Positions 47,997 through 57,383 of a stretch of 64,000 nt of DNA are shown here, piece by piece. Each line of letters starts with the position of its first letter. The first letter of the stretch is position 1. This DNA comes from Candidatus Altimarinota bacterium. Its GTDB lineage: Bacteria > Patescibacteriota > Gracilibacteria > UBA1369 > JBGAUX01. The translations under genes were made by a program, and so were the position numbers. The DNA lies in contig JBGAUX010000002.1 in assembly GCA_044228405.1 (NCBI GenBank), positions 1,805 to 65,804 of the forward strand, given 5' to 3'. Below the pieces are notes generated by a model. It did no database searches. It worked only from the letters and a program-made list of their open reading frames with translations, and was not told the origin of the DNA.

Positions 47997-48404
47997 ATGT
48001 TTCACTTAACAATAAAAACACCATACGCAGAAGTGTTTACAGGAGAGGTAGAATCACTAAGTTTAAGTTTAGAAGACGGTGATATGCAGGTTTTTGAAGA
48101 CCATGCATCGGTTACAGGATCTTTAATTTTTTCTCCTGTTGTAGTTGAACAAAAAGACAAAGAAGAAGTTTTTCTTGCTCGACATGGTGTTTTTACCTTT
48201 GATAATGAGAATAACACAGCTTCTCTACTCACTTCATATTGCACAAAAAAATCTGAAGTGGATTACAAAACCGTAAAAGAATATGCTGAATTCATTACTA
48301 AACAATTAGAAGAAGGTCACGATTTAAGTGAATTCAAACTATTTTATCTAAAGGGTGAAAAAGTTGCCCTAGAAAAACAAATTGAAGAAAGCGAAGAAGC
48401 TTAA
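47997..48404 (+). CDS. atpC: F0F1 ATP synthase subunit epsilon
   Basis: 135 aa; last gene of the atp operon; beta-sandwich plus helical C-terminus pattern. Confidence 0.88.
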   Translation: MFHLTIKTPYAEVFTGEVESLSLSLEDGDMQVFEDHASVTGSLIFSPVVVEQKDKEEVFLARHGVFTFDNENNTASLLTSYCTKKSEVDYKTVKEYAEFITKQLEEGHDLSEFKLFYLKGEKVALEKQIEESEEA

Positions 48405-48420
48405 TATTTAAGCGTTTAGC

Positions 48421-49137
48421 TTACTTGGTATCTAGCTTATAAAGATTGATGTTTGAGCAATAATCTCCATCGTGTTTTTTATAAACCTCATTAGCCTTCA
48501 TAATAATTTTCATCGCTTCTTTGTTGTCCTTAACCACATAAATACAATTCATATCTTCGGGACTAATTAAGCCTTTTTTCAATGGATACGCCTTTACCCA
48601 ATTAATAAGCTCTTTCCACATATCACCTATCAAAATCACTGGGATGGGACAAATATGACGCACTTGAATCAATTGCCAAGTATAAAATAATTCCAAACAA
48701 GTACCAATTCCACCTGGAGTTACAACAACAACATTTGAAAGTGCCATAAAATTGTCCAACCTATCAGAAAAACGATTAAAATGCTTTTTAATCTCTAAAT
48801 GCTTGTTATCGTCTGTTTCCCAAGGCAATCTAATAGTTAAACCTATTGAGTCAGCTTTGTTTTTTCTGTCGCCCTCTTCGTGCCCCAGATTCGCTGCACT
48901 CATTAATCCTGGTCCACCACCTGTAACAATATCAAAGCCTTGCTCACCAATCATTTTAGATAAATCCTTAACTTGTTTATATACCGTGTCGTTCTCTTGA
49001 ATTCGCGCAGAGCCAAAAACAGAAACTCTAAATTGATCAATTTTTAGTTCATCTTCCACGGTTTTGGATTTACTATTAAAAAGCGAAAACTGGTTTACCT
49101 TAAATTTAAGCTTAGTTTTAGTGTTTTTAAAAGGCAT
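48421..49137 (-). CDS. LOG family protein (TIGR00730 Rossmann-fold nucleotide-binding, 'lysine decarboxylase-like')
   Basis: 238 aa; ...VSVFGSAR...IVTGGGPGLM...; PGGIGTCLE motif. Confidence 0.85.
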   Translation of the reverse strand: MPFKNTKTKLKFKVNQFSLFNSKSKTVEDELKIDQFRVSVFGSARIQENDTVYKQVKDLSKMIGEQGFDIVTGGGPGLMSAANLGHEEGDRKNKADSIGLTIRLPWETDDNKHLEIKKHFNRFSDRLDNFMALSNVVVVTPGGIGTCLELFYTWQLIQVRHICPIPVILIGDMWKELINWVKAYPLKKGLISPEDMNCIYVVKDNKEAMKIIMKANEVYKKHDGDYCSNINLYKLDTK

Positions 49138-49230
49138 AATATGTGTTTATTTGTTTTTGTTTAGTAGTTTTTTCAAACTAATAAAACATTATACCACAAA
49201 AAAGAGATTAAGCAAAGGGTTGGCGTGCAC

Positions 49231-51207
49231 TTAAAGTTTATGCTCCTCTCGCAACATCTCAATTTCATCCCTTAAATCAGCCGCTTTTTCAAACTCCATA
49301 TTTTGTGAAGCCAAGTCCATTTGCACCTCTAACATATCCACAATCCGCTTAATTTCATCTTTTGGAACCTTATTTGGATCAAATTTTCTCTTTTTCCTGT
49401 CACTACCCTCTTTTTTACCCATACTTATGTCTTTAACAGCTTTAATAATGGTTTCAGGGGTAATGCCATGTGCCTCGTTATGCGCAACTTGCTTAGCTCT
49501 GCGCCTTTCAGTTTCTCCAATAGCCGCCTTCATCGCATCTGTCATTCTGTCGGCAAACATTGTTACATGCCCATTCACATTACGAGCAGCACGCCCAATA
49601 GTTTGAATTAAAGCCGAGGTAGAGCGCAAAAATCCTTGTTTATCGGCATCCATAATTGCAATAAACGAAACTTCAGGTAAATCCAATCCTTCTCTTAACA
49701 AGTTAATACCAACCAAAACATCAAATTTCCCAAGTCTCAAATCGCGCAAAATCTCAATACGCTCCATAGTATCAATGTCCGAATGTAAATATTTAACTTT
49801 AATACCAGCATCAGTTAAAAATTCTGTTAAATCTTCTGCCGATCGTTTAGTTAAAGTAGTGATCAAAACTCTTTCGTTACGCTTAACAGTTTCACTAATA
49901 TTCTTCAAAATATTCTCAATTTGCCCCTTAGAAGGGTGCACTTCTACCACTGGATCAATAAGACCAGTTGGCCTAATAACCAGTTCCACAACTTCTTTTC
50001 CAGACTTTTCAATTTCATATTTTGCAGGTGTAGCAGAAACATACACAGCTTGATTTATATGCTTTTCAAATTCTTCAAACTTAAGTGGACGATTATCATG
50101 AGCCGAAGGTAAACGAAATCCGTGCTCAATAAGCGTTTGTTTGCGCGAATAATTACCGTTATACATACCGCCAATTTGAGGAACGGTGATGTGTGATTCA
50201 TCAATAAACATCAAAAAATCATCAGGAAAATAATCCAACAAAGTAGCAGATTGTTCGCCTGGTTGACGCAAATTCAAGAAACGAGTGTAATTTTCTATAC
50301 CCGAACAATAACCGGTTTCTTGCAAAATTTCTAAGTCATACTCTGTTCTTGTTCTTAAACGCTCAGCCTCAATATTTTTGCCAATAGACCTTAAATAAGC
50401 GTATCTCTCCTCCATTTCTGCACGAATACCAGCAATAGCTCTCTCTACTTTTTCGCCAGTTGTTACATCATGTTTAGCTGGAAATATTTTAATTGATTGA
50501 AGTTCTTGCATTTCCTCGCCCGTAAAAGCATCAGCTTCAGTAATTCTTTCAATTTCATCACCAAAAAATTCAATACGGAAAATATTATCTCTATCTCGTG
50601 GAAAAATCTCAATCGTGTCGCCCAAAACATGAAACATACCATGTCTAAATTCCATTGCCGAGCGTGTATATTGCAAATCCGCCAAGTGGCGCAAAAGCTT
50701 ATCGCGCTTTCTTTCTTCACCAACCTTAATTTCTATAGCTAGGTTTTCGTAACTTTCAACAGAACCCAAGCCATAAATACACGATACAGAAGCCACAATT
50801 AGGGTGTCCTTTCTTGTTAAAAGGTTGATAGTTGCAGCATGACGGTACTTATCAATCTCTTCATTAATTGAGGCGTCTTTTTCAATATAGGTGTCGGAAC
50901 TCGGTAAATAGGCTTCTGGCTGATAATAATCATAGTAAGAAACAAAGTAGCTAACGGCATTATTTGGGAAAAATTCCTGAAACTCAGTACAAAGTTGAGC
51001 CGCCAAAGTTTTATTATGTGCTAAAACTATAGTTGGTTTTTGTACTTGTTGCACCACAGAAGCCATAACAAAAGTTTTTCCCGTACCAGTAGCACCCAAA
51101 ATTGTTTGATGTTTTTTGCCTTTGTTAACATTGTCCACAAGCCTTTCGATGGCTTTTGGCTGGTCACCTGCTGGTTGAAAATTGGAAACTAACTGAAATT
51201 TCTGCAT
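49231..51207 (-). CDS. uvrB: Excinuclease ABC subunit B
   Basis: I chose the ATG at 51207 (MQKFQLVSNFQPAGDQPKAIERLV...); GATGTGKT; C-terminal UVR domain ...FEKAADLRDEI... Confidence 0.95.
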   Translation of the reverse strand: MQKFQLVSNFQPAGDQPKAIERLVDNVNKGKKHQTILGATGTGKTFVMASVVQQVQKPTIVLAHNKTLAAQLCTEFQEFFPNNAVSYFVSYYDYYQPEAYLPSSDTYIEKDASINEEIDKYRHAATINLLTRKDTLIVASVSCIYGLGSVESYENLAIEIKVGEERKRDKLLRHLADLQYTRSAMEFRHGMFHVLGDTIEIFPRDRDNIFRIEFFGDEIERITEADAFTGEEMQELQSIKIFPAKHDVTTGEKVERAIAGIRAEMEERYAYLRSIGKNIEAERLRTRTEYDLEILQETGYCSGIENYTRFLNLRQPGEQSATLLDYFPDDFLMFIDESHITVPQIGGMYNGNYSRKQTLIEHGFRLPSAHDNRPLKFEEFEKHINQAVYVSATPAKYEIEKSGKEVVELVIRPTGLIDPVVEVHPSKGQIENILKNISETVKRNERVLITTLTKRSAEDLTEFLTDAGIKVKYLHSDIDTMERIEILRDLRLGKFDVLVGINLLREGLDLPEVSFIAIMDADKQGFLRSTSALIQTIGRAARNVNGHVTMFADRMTDAMKAAIGETERRRAKQVAHNEAHGITPETIIKAVKDISMGKKEGSDRKKRKFDPNKVPKDEIKRIVDMLEVQMDLASQNMEFEKAADLRDEIEMLREEHKL

Positions 51208-51279
51208 TAACGCGTATAATAATGGAATTTGACACCAAACCACTCTAATGATTTTATGATAAAAGTTCAAGTTCTATCT

Positions 51280-52050
51280 ATGATTGATATTAATTCCACA
51301 TTGGAATTCGTTAAAAATTTAGCTGTAGAAACGGGTAAAATGACCCTCGAAGCTCAAAATAAAGATTTTGAAGTTAGCTTTAAAAGTGCCAAAAACTTGG
51401 TTACAGAAGTGGATTTAGCGGCAGAAAAGATGATTACCGAGGCTATTGAGGCCCAATTTCCCGATCATAATATTTTAGGAGAGGAGGAAGGCCAAAAGGC
51501 CAAAAACAGCGATTACGACTGGATTATCGATCCAATAGATGGAACGACTAACTTTGCACACAAACACCCGTTTTACGGCGTTTCTATAGCTCTGTACCAT
51601 AAGCAGACACCTATAATAGGCGTGGTTTACGCCCCCTACCTAAAAGAGCTCTTTTGGGCGAGTAAAGGTGGCGGCGCCTACTTAAACGATAAAAAAATAG
51701 CTATTTCTAGCGTTACAGACCCTACACAAATGCTAACTTGCACCGGTTTCCCATCTAAGAATCGTGAAGAAAACTTAGTATATTTGCATAAAATGATAGC
51801 AACAGCCCAGGCTGTGCGCCGTTGTGGCGCCGCCACCCTCGATTTTTGCTATGTAGCCTGCGGTCGTTACGATACTTTTTGGGAAATTGGCCTGCAACCC
51901 TGGGATATTGCTGCGGGTCGTTTAATTTTAGAAGAAGCGGGCGGTATTTTAACTCAATTAAGCGGAGAACCAATTAAAGTATTCGAAAAACAATCCATTT
52001 TAGCTGGCAACCAAAAACTCCATCAAGTTATTTTAGACTTATTCAAATAA
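51280..52050 (+). CDS. suhB: Inositol monophosphatase family protein (SuhB-like)
   Basis: WIIDPIDGTTNF and ...AATLDFCYVACGRYDTFWE motifs; start uncertain (51229, 51256 or 51280). Confidence 0.85.
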   Translation: MIDINSTLEFVKNLAVETGKMTLEAQNKDFEVSFKSAKNLVTEVDLAAEKMITEAIEAQFPDHNILGEEEGQKAKNSDYDWIIDPIDGTTNFAHKHPFYGVSIALYHKQTPIIGVVYAPYLKELFWASKGGGAYLNDKKIAISSVTDPTQMLTCTGFPSKNREENLVYLHKMIATAQAVRRCGAATLDFCYVACGRYDTFWEIGLQPWDIAAGRLILEEAGGILTQLSGEPIKVFEKQSILAGNQKLHQVILDLFK

Positions 52051-52052
52051 AA

Positions 52053-52072
52053 ATGGTGTCCACGGCGGGATT
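52053..52072. repeat. 20-nt direct repeat of the tRNA-Arg 3' end (att-like distal boundary)
   Basis: ATGGTGTCCACGGCGGGATT at 52053-52072 is identical to 56136-56155 (tRNA acceptor/T-stem 3' portion plus CCA), in the same orientation. Confidence 0.85.
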
Positions 52073-52082
52073 GACTACTAAG

Positions 52083-52478
52083 CTATTTGAAATTTATTGC
52101 AAAATTATACATACCCATACTGCAAAGACCTTGCAGTTTTCCGGATTGCGTTGTACCCAAATCAATAACCTCTTCTCCCGTTGGTGGTAAAACATTGCTA
52201 TAGCCGATTGCTTTGATCACCAATGCTGCCGAACAATCGTATGTGCCGTTTGTTTTGACGATCAATTTTGTTGGTATGTTTGCTTGCGCCGTAGAGACTT
52301 TGGGCGAGTATCCACCACGAGCATTTATGGTAACATACTGAATACCATCTCTTATTTCGACATTTTGCGTGGACTGAGTGCCAGTTGAATCCAGATTTTT
52401 ATTTGACTGTCCAAAAAACACAATACCAATGCCTATGGCAAGCACGACCGTGATGATAACTGAAGTAGTTTTATTCAT
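52083..52478 (-). CDS. Membrane-anchored cupredoxin-like domain protein
   Basis: 131 aa; N-terminal TM helix; ...GGYSPKV...IPTKLIVKTNGTYDCSAALVI...GKLQGLCSMGMYNFAINF resembles Cupredoxin_1-type proteins found beside copA. Confidence 0.7.
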   Translation of the reverse strand: MNKTTSVIITVVLAIGIGIVFFGQSNKNLDSTGTQSTQNVEIRDGIQYVTINARGGYSPKVSTAQANIPTKLIVKTNGTYDCSAALVIKAIGYSNVLPPTGEEVIDLGTTQSGKLQGLCSMGMYNFAINFK

Positions 52479-52485
52479 ATACTAA

Positions 52486-53493
52486 TTATATGTTAAATAG
52501 CGGATTAATGATTCCGAGCCCGGCGAGTCCCGACAAAAGAGCAAACAGTCCAAGGCCAATTACAACAATGCCGGCTGATTTAAAAAACAAAGGAGCATGT
52601 TTACCTTGGGCAAACGAAGCTGATCCAAACGAAAGAAACGCGAGCATCGGCAATGTTCCGAGAGCGAACGCAAACATTATCAAAAGACCTGCCAGGAAAG
52701 ATCCACTGCTAAGCGAGGCAACCTGCATTGATTGCGTGAAGCCACAAGGCAAGAAAAATGTAGCAAAACCCAGAGTAAGGGGTGTTAAAGTTTTGTGCTC
52801 AATGCGCCTAAAAAAGTTAAACAGCCCTAAAGGCAATGCGATTTTATTTTTTGCAAACACCCCAACCAGGTTTAAACCCAAAAGCAACATTACTAACGAT
52901 GCCAAGAGTCCCAATATTGCCGTAAATGTAAAATTAATACCTATTGCGCTACCTATTACCCCAAGCACTCCTCCCAAGACTGCAAAGCCAACAAGTCTTG
53001 CCGTATGAAAAAGCACGAAAGTCTTTGTGTCGCTCACATTGTCCTGCGATATCTTTGCCGAGAGCGACAAGACAAGTCCGCCAACGATAGCAAGACAGCT
53101 TGAAACCGATGCGATTAAGCCGATGATAAAGCTGGTGACAGGAGTTATTTGCCCACCGATTCCGATATTGAGAATGCCTGATTTTTGAAGCAGGAAAAAC
53201 AAAATCAAAAATCCGAAGCCTATCGGCAAGGCTTGCCAAATCACATCCCCATTCGGTTTTCCTTTTGCCAGTCTTTCAACCGACACAATATACCCATTCG
53301 ATTGAATTTTACTTGTCAGAACTTGTGCAAGTTCTTCGGAAGTTCGACTATCATCGGTTTCAATTTGCAAAACTTCTTTCTTTAAATCAACTCGAGCATT
53401 TTGAATAAAATCCTGCTCGTTTAAAGCGTCTTCGATAAAGATTTTGCATGACGGGCAATGAGTGCCTGATACATAAAAAGTATATGTATTCAT
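52486..53493 (-). CDS. Heavy-metal-associated (HMA) domain fused to a multi-pass membrane domain (DsbD_2/TauE-like) with paired Cys motifs
   Basis: 335 aa; N-terminal GTHCPSC HMA fold; membrane part has SSCLAIVGG and FFLPCGFTQ motifs. Confidence 0.8.
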   Translation of the reverse strand: MNTYTFYVSGTHCPSCKIFIEDALNEQDFIQNARVDLKKEVLQIETDDSRTSEELAQVLTSKIQSNGYIVSVERLAKGKPNGDVIWQALPIGFGFLILFFLLQKSGILNIGIGGQITPVTSFIIGLIASVSSCLAIVGGLVLSLSAKISQDNVSDTKTFVLFHTARLVGFAVLGGVLGVIGSAIGINFTFTAILGLLASLVMLLLGLNLVGVFAKNKIALPLGLFNFFRRIEHKTLTPLTLGFATFFLPCGFTQSMQVASLSSGSFLAGLLIMFAFALGTLPMLAFLSFGSASFAQGKHAPLFFKSAGIVVIGLGLFALLSGLAGLGIINPLFNI

Positions 53494-53495
53494 AG

Positions 53496-55790
53496 TTATA
53501 ATTTTTTGGTTTTAATTCGGAGCGAGTTCGAAACTACTGACACCGACGACATTGCCATGGCAAATCCGGCAAAAATTGGGTTTAGCACCCAGCCAAAGAT
53601 CGGATAGAAAACTCCCGCAGCCAGTGGAATGCCCACAATATTGTATATAAAAGCCCAAAATAGATTTTGTTTGATACCTCTCATTGTGATCTTGGAAAGA
53701 TTGATCGCTTTGACCAATTTTGAGATGTCTCCGCCCAAAAGAGTAATACCGGCTGATTCTATAGCCACATCTGTTCCCGTACCCATGGCAATACCTATAT
53801 CGGCCTGTGCGAGAGCGGGAGCATCATTCACGCCATCGCCCGCCATTGCAATTGTCCTACCTGTGCGTTGAAGTAGCTGTATTTTTTCAAGCTTATCTTG
53901 AGGTAACACATGAGCAACAACATCATCAATACCTACGAGCGAAGCGATATACTTAGCGGCTTTTTCGTCGTCACCTGTGAGCATAACAACTTTAATCCCC
54001 AGTTTATGGAGATCGGCAACGGCTTGCTTCGCCTCCTCCTTTATTTCATCGGCCACCATCACAAAACCGAGCACCTTTTCTTTTGTTGCAAGAATAACAG
54101 GTGTTTTGCCTTGTGAAGTGAACTCATTCAATTTTGCAGAATCAAAAGGAAGTTTTAGGTCACTTACAAGCTTTGCATTACCAACAAAGTATTCGGTTTC
54201 CTGAATTGAACCTTTTAGGCCTTTACCCTGTATCGCTTCAAATTCTGAAGTCTCCAACAACGAGATCTTTTTTTCTTTTGCATAGTTTACAATCGCATGT
54301 GCAATTGGATGCTCGGACTTCTTCTCTAATGAAGCGATAATCGACACCAGCTCATCATCATTCAAATCGGAGATGTTCTGCACATCTACCAAAGTCGGTT
54401 TACCTTTGGTAATCGTTCCGGTTTTATCAACTACAACAGTGTCTACCTTGTGAAGTTTTTCGAGAGTAGCCGCATCTTTAATGAGAATACCCTCTTTTGC
54501 CCCCTTGCCAACTCCCACAATAATAGCGGTTGGCGTGGCAAGTCCGAGAGCGCATGGACATGCAATTACAAGAATTCCAACAAATGAGACGAGGCCGAAT
54601 GAAAGCGCCTGTGAAAATCCCAAGTATTGCGAACCTATAACGAGCCAGGCGCCGAGTGTAAGAAAAGCGAACACAAGCACAATAGGAACAAATACAGCAG
54701 AAATTTTATCCGCCAATGCCTGAATAGGTGCCTTGCTTCCTTGAGCCTCCTCAACCATCTTAACAATCTGAGCAAGCAAAGTTTTAGAGCCTACTTTTGT
54801 AGCCTTAAATGTGAATGAACCACTGGTGTTAATAGTCCCGGACACAACACTATCGCCAACTTTTTTTTGTGCAGGCATTGGTTCTCCGGTCACCATTGAT
54901 TCATCAATAAAAGAACTTCCTTCGGTTATAACACCATCCACTGGAATTTTTGCCCCGGGTTTAACAATAATTAAATCTCCGTATTTCACATCATTTACCG
55001 GGATTTCCACCTCTTTGCCGTCTCGAATAACAAGCGCGGTTTTAGCCTGTAGATTGAGAAGTTTTTCAATGGCATCCCCTGTTTTTGTCTTTGAACGTGC
55101 CTCAAGGTATTTTCCGAGAGTAATAAAAGTAATAACAACAATAGTTACATCATAATATTGGTATTCAACATTTATAAAAGGCCTAAGTATATCCTCAAAA
55201 GCGCTAACGGCAAAACTGTATAGAAAGGCTGCAACCGTGCCGATGCCGATCAGCGTATCCATGTTGGCCTTGCCATATCGAAGAAATCGATAAAAACCAA
55301 GCAAATACGGCTTACCAACAACGAAAAGAATATATGTCGCAAACACAGGAAGTAGATGATGAAAAAATTCTTCCAGCGTATAGCTCATTTCAGAGACAAT
55401 GCCATATTTGGCAAGGATCTCCCAAACCATAACGAGAGCCGCAAAAATCGCGATAGGGATCGCTGAAAGCACCTTTGTTCGCATATCAGCCACCTCGGCC
55501 AGCTTTTCTTTTTTTGATTGGTTTAGTCCCAGATGAGCAGCGTGCTCGTCGGCCGACATACCCATTTCCTCGGCTGTTGCGGGAATCTCCAAAGAATACC
55601 CCAAGGGCTCAATATGCTTTGAAAGCTCCTGCGGATTTGTTTTTGACGGATCAAAAGAAACTTTGGCTTTTTCCGTGCCATAGTTTACTTCGGCCGATTG
55701 TACGCCTGTAATTTTTTTGAAAGTCTTTTCTATAACCGATGAACATGAGGCACAGTGCATTCCTTTAACTTTATAAGTTTGTGTATGCAT
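53496..55790 (-). CDS. copA: Copper-exporting P1B-type ATPase
   Basis: I chose the ATG at 55790 ([21 protein letters not shown]...); [17 protein letters not shown] and [10 protein letters not shown] motifs; the track start at 55913 lies inside csoR. Confidence 0.95.
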   Translation of the reverse strand: MHTQTYKVKGMHCASCSSVIEKTFKKITGVQSAEVNYGTEKAKVSFDPSKTNPQELSKHIEPLGYSLEIPATAEEMGMSADEHAAHLGLNQSKKEKLAEVADMRTKVLSAIPIAIFAALVMVWEILAKYGIVSEMSYTLEEFFHHLLPVFATYILFVVGKPYLLGFYRFLRYGKANMDTLIGIGTVAAFLYSFAVSAFEDILRPFINVEYQYYDVTIVVITFITLGKYLEARSKTKTGDAIEKLLNLQAKTALVIRDGKEVEIPVNDVKYGDLIIVKPGAKIPVDGVITEGSSFIDESMVTGEPMPAQKKVGDSVVSGTINTSGSFTFKATKVGSKTLLAQIVKMVEEAQGSKAPIQALADKISAVFVPIVLVFAFLTLGAWLVIGSQYLGFSQALSFGLVSFVGILVIACPCALGLATPTAIIVGVGKGAKEGILIKDAATLEKLHKVDTVVVDKTGTITKGKPTLVDVQNISDLNDDELVSIIASLEKKSEHPIAHAIVNYAKEKKISLLETSEFEAIQGKGLKGSIQETEYFVGNAKLVSDLKLPFDSAKLNEFTSQGKTPVILATKEKVLGFVMVADEIKEEAKQAVADLHKLGIKVVMLTGDDEKAAKYIASLVGIDDVVAHVLPQDKLEKIQLLQRTGRTIAMAGDGVNDAPALAQADIGIAMGTGTDVAIESAGITLLGGDISKLVKAINLSKITMRGIKQNLFWAFIYNIVGIPLAAGVFYPIFGWVLNPIFAGFAMAMSSVSVVSNSLRIKTKKL

Positions 55791-55791
55791 A

Positions 55792-56067
55792 TTATTTTCT
55801 CTTAAGTTTATAAACTTTAATAATTTCCTCCTTAGCTTTTTGGGTTTGGCCGGATTGCACCTGATGAACAACACAGTGACCAAGGTGATTTTCAAGAAGT
55901 AAGTCTTCAACATTAGACAAGCCCTGTTTTACTGCCGATGTCTGGGTAATCACATCAATGCAATAAGTATCGTTTTCCACCAATCGTTGAAGCCCCCGAA
56001 CCTGACCTTCTAAAAGCTTGAGTCGGCGCACCACTTTCACCTTACTGTTATCGTCCATGTATTTCAT
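55792..56067 (-). CDS. csoR: CsoR/RcnR-family metal-sensing transcriptional repressor
   Basis: About 91 aa from the ATG at 56067 (56058 is an alternative); ...[29 protein letters not shown]...NHLGHC... (Cys plus H-x3-C ligand pattern); stop is 1 nt before the copA ATG. Confidence 0.88.
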   Translation of the reverse strand: MKYMDDNSKVKVVRRLKLLEGQVRGLQRLVENDTYCIDVITQTSAVKQGLSNVEDLLLENHLGHCVVHQVQSGQTQKAKEEIIKVYKLKRK

Positions 56068-56072
56068 ATGAA

Positions 56073-56105
56073 ACAAGCATACCCCCAGGGGGGTATGCTT
56101 GTCAA
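56073..56105 (-). promoter_or_regulatory. csoR-copA promoter with an embedded 14+14 bp palindromic operator
   Basis: Palindrome ACAAGCATACCCCC-AG-GGGGGTATGCTTGT at 56073-56102. Minus strand reads TTGACA (56105-56100), 18-nt spacer, TATGCT (56081-56076). The -10 ends 8 nt before the ATG at 56067. Confidence 0.7.
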
Positions 56106-56136
56106 ATTCTTTCAACTTTTTCGCTCAACTTTATTA

Positions 56137-56213
56137 TGGTGTCCACGGCGGGATTCGAACCCACGACCTCAGCCTTCGCAGGGCTGCGCTCTATCCAGCT
56201 GAGCTACGTGAAC
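56137..56213 (-). tRNA. tRNA-Arg, anticodon GCG, CCA encoded
   Basis: Reverse complement folds as GTTCACG-TA-GCTC-AGCTGGATA-GAGC-G-CAGCC-CTGCGAA-GGCTG-AGGTC-GTGGG-TTCGAAT-CCCGC-CGTGGAC-A-CCA; a clean cloverleaf with an Arg-type D-arm. Confidence 0.92.
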
Positions 56214-56272
56214 ACATCGTAAAGCCGGCTTATTCTAGGCAAAATAAGGCTCAAAGTAAAGCTTAAATAGCA

Positions 56273-56905
56273 CTACGCACGCAAACTGGCTATAGCTTTT
56301 TTTCTATCTTTCGAACCAAATATATAAGAACCCGCAACTAAAATGTTTGCCCCTGCCTCTATGGCAATTTTTGCAGTTTCTGCAGTAACGCCCCCATCCA
56401 CTTCAATATCTAAATTTGGCATCAATTCTCGCAATTCAATAATTTTTGGCACTGCATTTTCAATAAATGATTGGCCTCCAAAGCCAGGATTAACCGTCAT
56501 AATCAATACTTGATCCAAATCTTCCAATACATTTTCTAAAGTCACCAAAGAAGTAGCTGGATTTAAAGAAACTCCAACTTTCACTCCATAATCTTTTATT
56601 TGATGAATAATTCTGTGCAAATGTGTACAAGCTTCTTGATGCACAATAATCAATTTAGCGCCTGCATCAACAAAATCTTTAATGTAATCTTGTGGTCTTT
56701 GAATCATCAAATGCGCTTCCATCAACAATTTTGTCTTGATCATACGCATAATTGGCGCACCCAAAGTAATATTTGGCACAAAATGACCATCCATAACATC
56801 TACATGTAATCTGTCACAATAAGGCTCCACTGTTTTAATATCAGCGTTTAAATTGCCGAAATCAGCAGAAAGTATTGAAGGTGCAATTTGAATTTTTGGT
56901 TTCAT
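56273..56905 (-). CDS. rpe: Ribulose-phosphate 3-epimerase
   Basis: 210 aa; ...IAPSILSADFGNL...HVDVMDGHFVPN...MTVNPGFGGQ... Confidence 0.95.
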   Translation of the reverse strand: MKPKIQIAPSILSADFGNLNADIKTVEPYCDRLHVDVMDGHFVPNITLGAPIMRMIKTKLLMEAHLMIQRPQDYIKDFVDAGAKLIIVHQEACTHLHRIIHQIKDYGVKVGVSLNPATSLVTLENVLEDLDQVLIMTVNPGFGGQSFIENAVPKIIELRELMPNLDIEVDGGVTAETAKIAIEAGANILVAGSYIFGSKDRKKAIASLRA

Positions 56906-57348
56906 TATTCTTTTGGTTCAATTTTAGCAACACGACGAACATGTCTTTCTTCATCTACTTCAAAATCAGTACTAAAAAATTTATCTGTAATTGCAAAAGC
57001 TTCTTCCTGAGAAATAACTCTCTCACCCATACATAAAACATTAGCATCATTATGTTTTCTACTCATTTCTGCCATATACTCATTTGTACACAAAGCAGCA
57101 CGAATTCCTTTAATTTTATTAGCAGCCATAGAAACTCCAATTCCACTTCCACAAATTAAAATCCCTTTAGAAGAATTATTTTCAACAACCTTTTCACTTA
57201 CTTCTCGCGCAATATCTGGATAATCAGTTGGTATATCTTCAAACACACCTAAATCTATAATAGTAAATTTACCAGACTCTTTTAAATGCAACTCAAGAGC
57301 ATTCTTTAGTTTGTAACCTCCGTGATCTGAACCTATATAAATACGCAT
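56905..57348 (-). CDS. rpiB: Ribose-5-phosphate isomerase B
   Basis: 147 aa; MRIYIGSDHGGYKLK...GILICGSGIGVSMAANK... Confidence 0.93.
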   Translation of the reverse strand: MRIYIGSDHGGYKLKNALELHLKESGKFTIIDLGVFEDIPTDYPDIAREVSEKVVENNSSKGILICGSGIGVSMAANKIKGIRAALCTNEYMAEMSRKHNDANVLCMGERVISQEEAFAITDKFFSTDFEVDEERHVRRVAKIEPKE

Positions 57349-57383
57349 GATATTTTTTAATTATACATGGATTATAGCACAAA

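Larger units (their letters stand above)
52053..56155. mobile_element. ~4.1 kb integrated copper-resistance islet at tRNA-Arg, flanked by 20-nt direct repeats, with no integrase
   Basis: An intact tRNA sits at one end and a 20-nt copy of its 3' end at the other. The four co-directional genes csoR-copA-HMA/permease-cupredoxin fill the interval. GC looks higher by eye than in the flanks. Confidence 0.6.

Noticed and set aside
52073-56135. Search for an integrase, excisionase, transposase or their pseudogene remnants inside the copper islet
   Set aside because: The interval is fully occupied by four intact, tightly spaced genes. No additional ORF or degraded frame with tyrosine or serine recombinase motifs was seen on either strand.
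56214-56272. Promoter for tRNA-Arg (TTGCCT-N15-TACGAT on the minus strand) and the AAGCCGGCTT palindrome as an rpe terminator
   Set aside because: The spacer length is off and the -10 is poor. The palindrome has no loop and no U-tract. The evidence is too weak to report as features.
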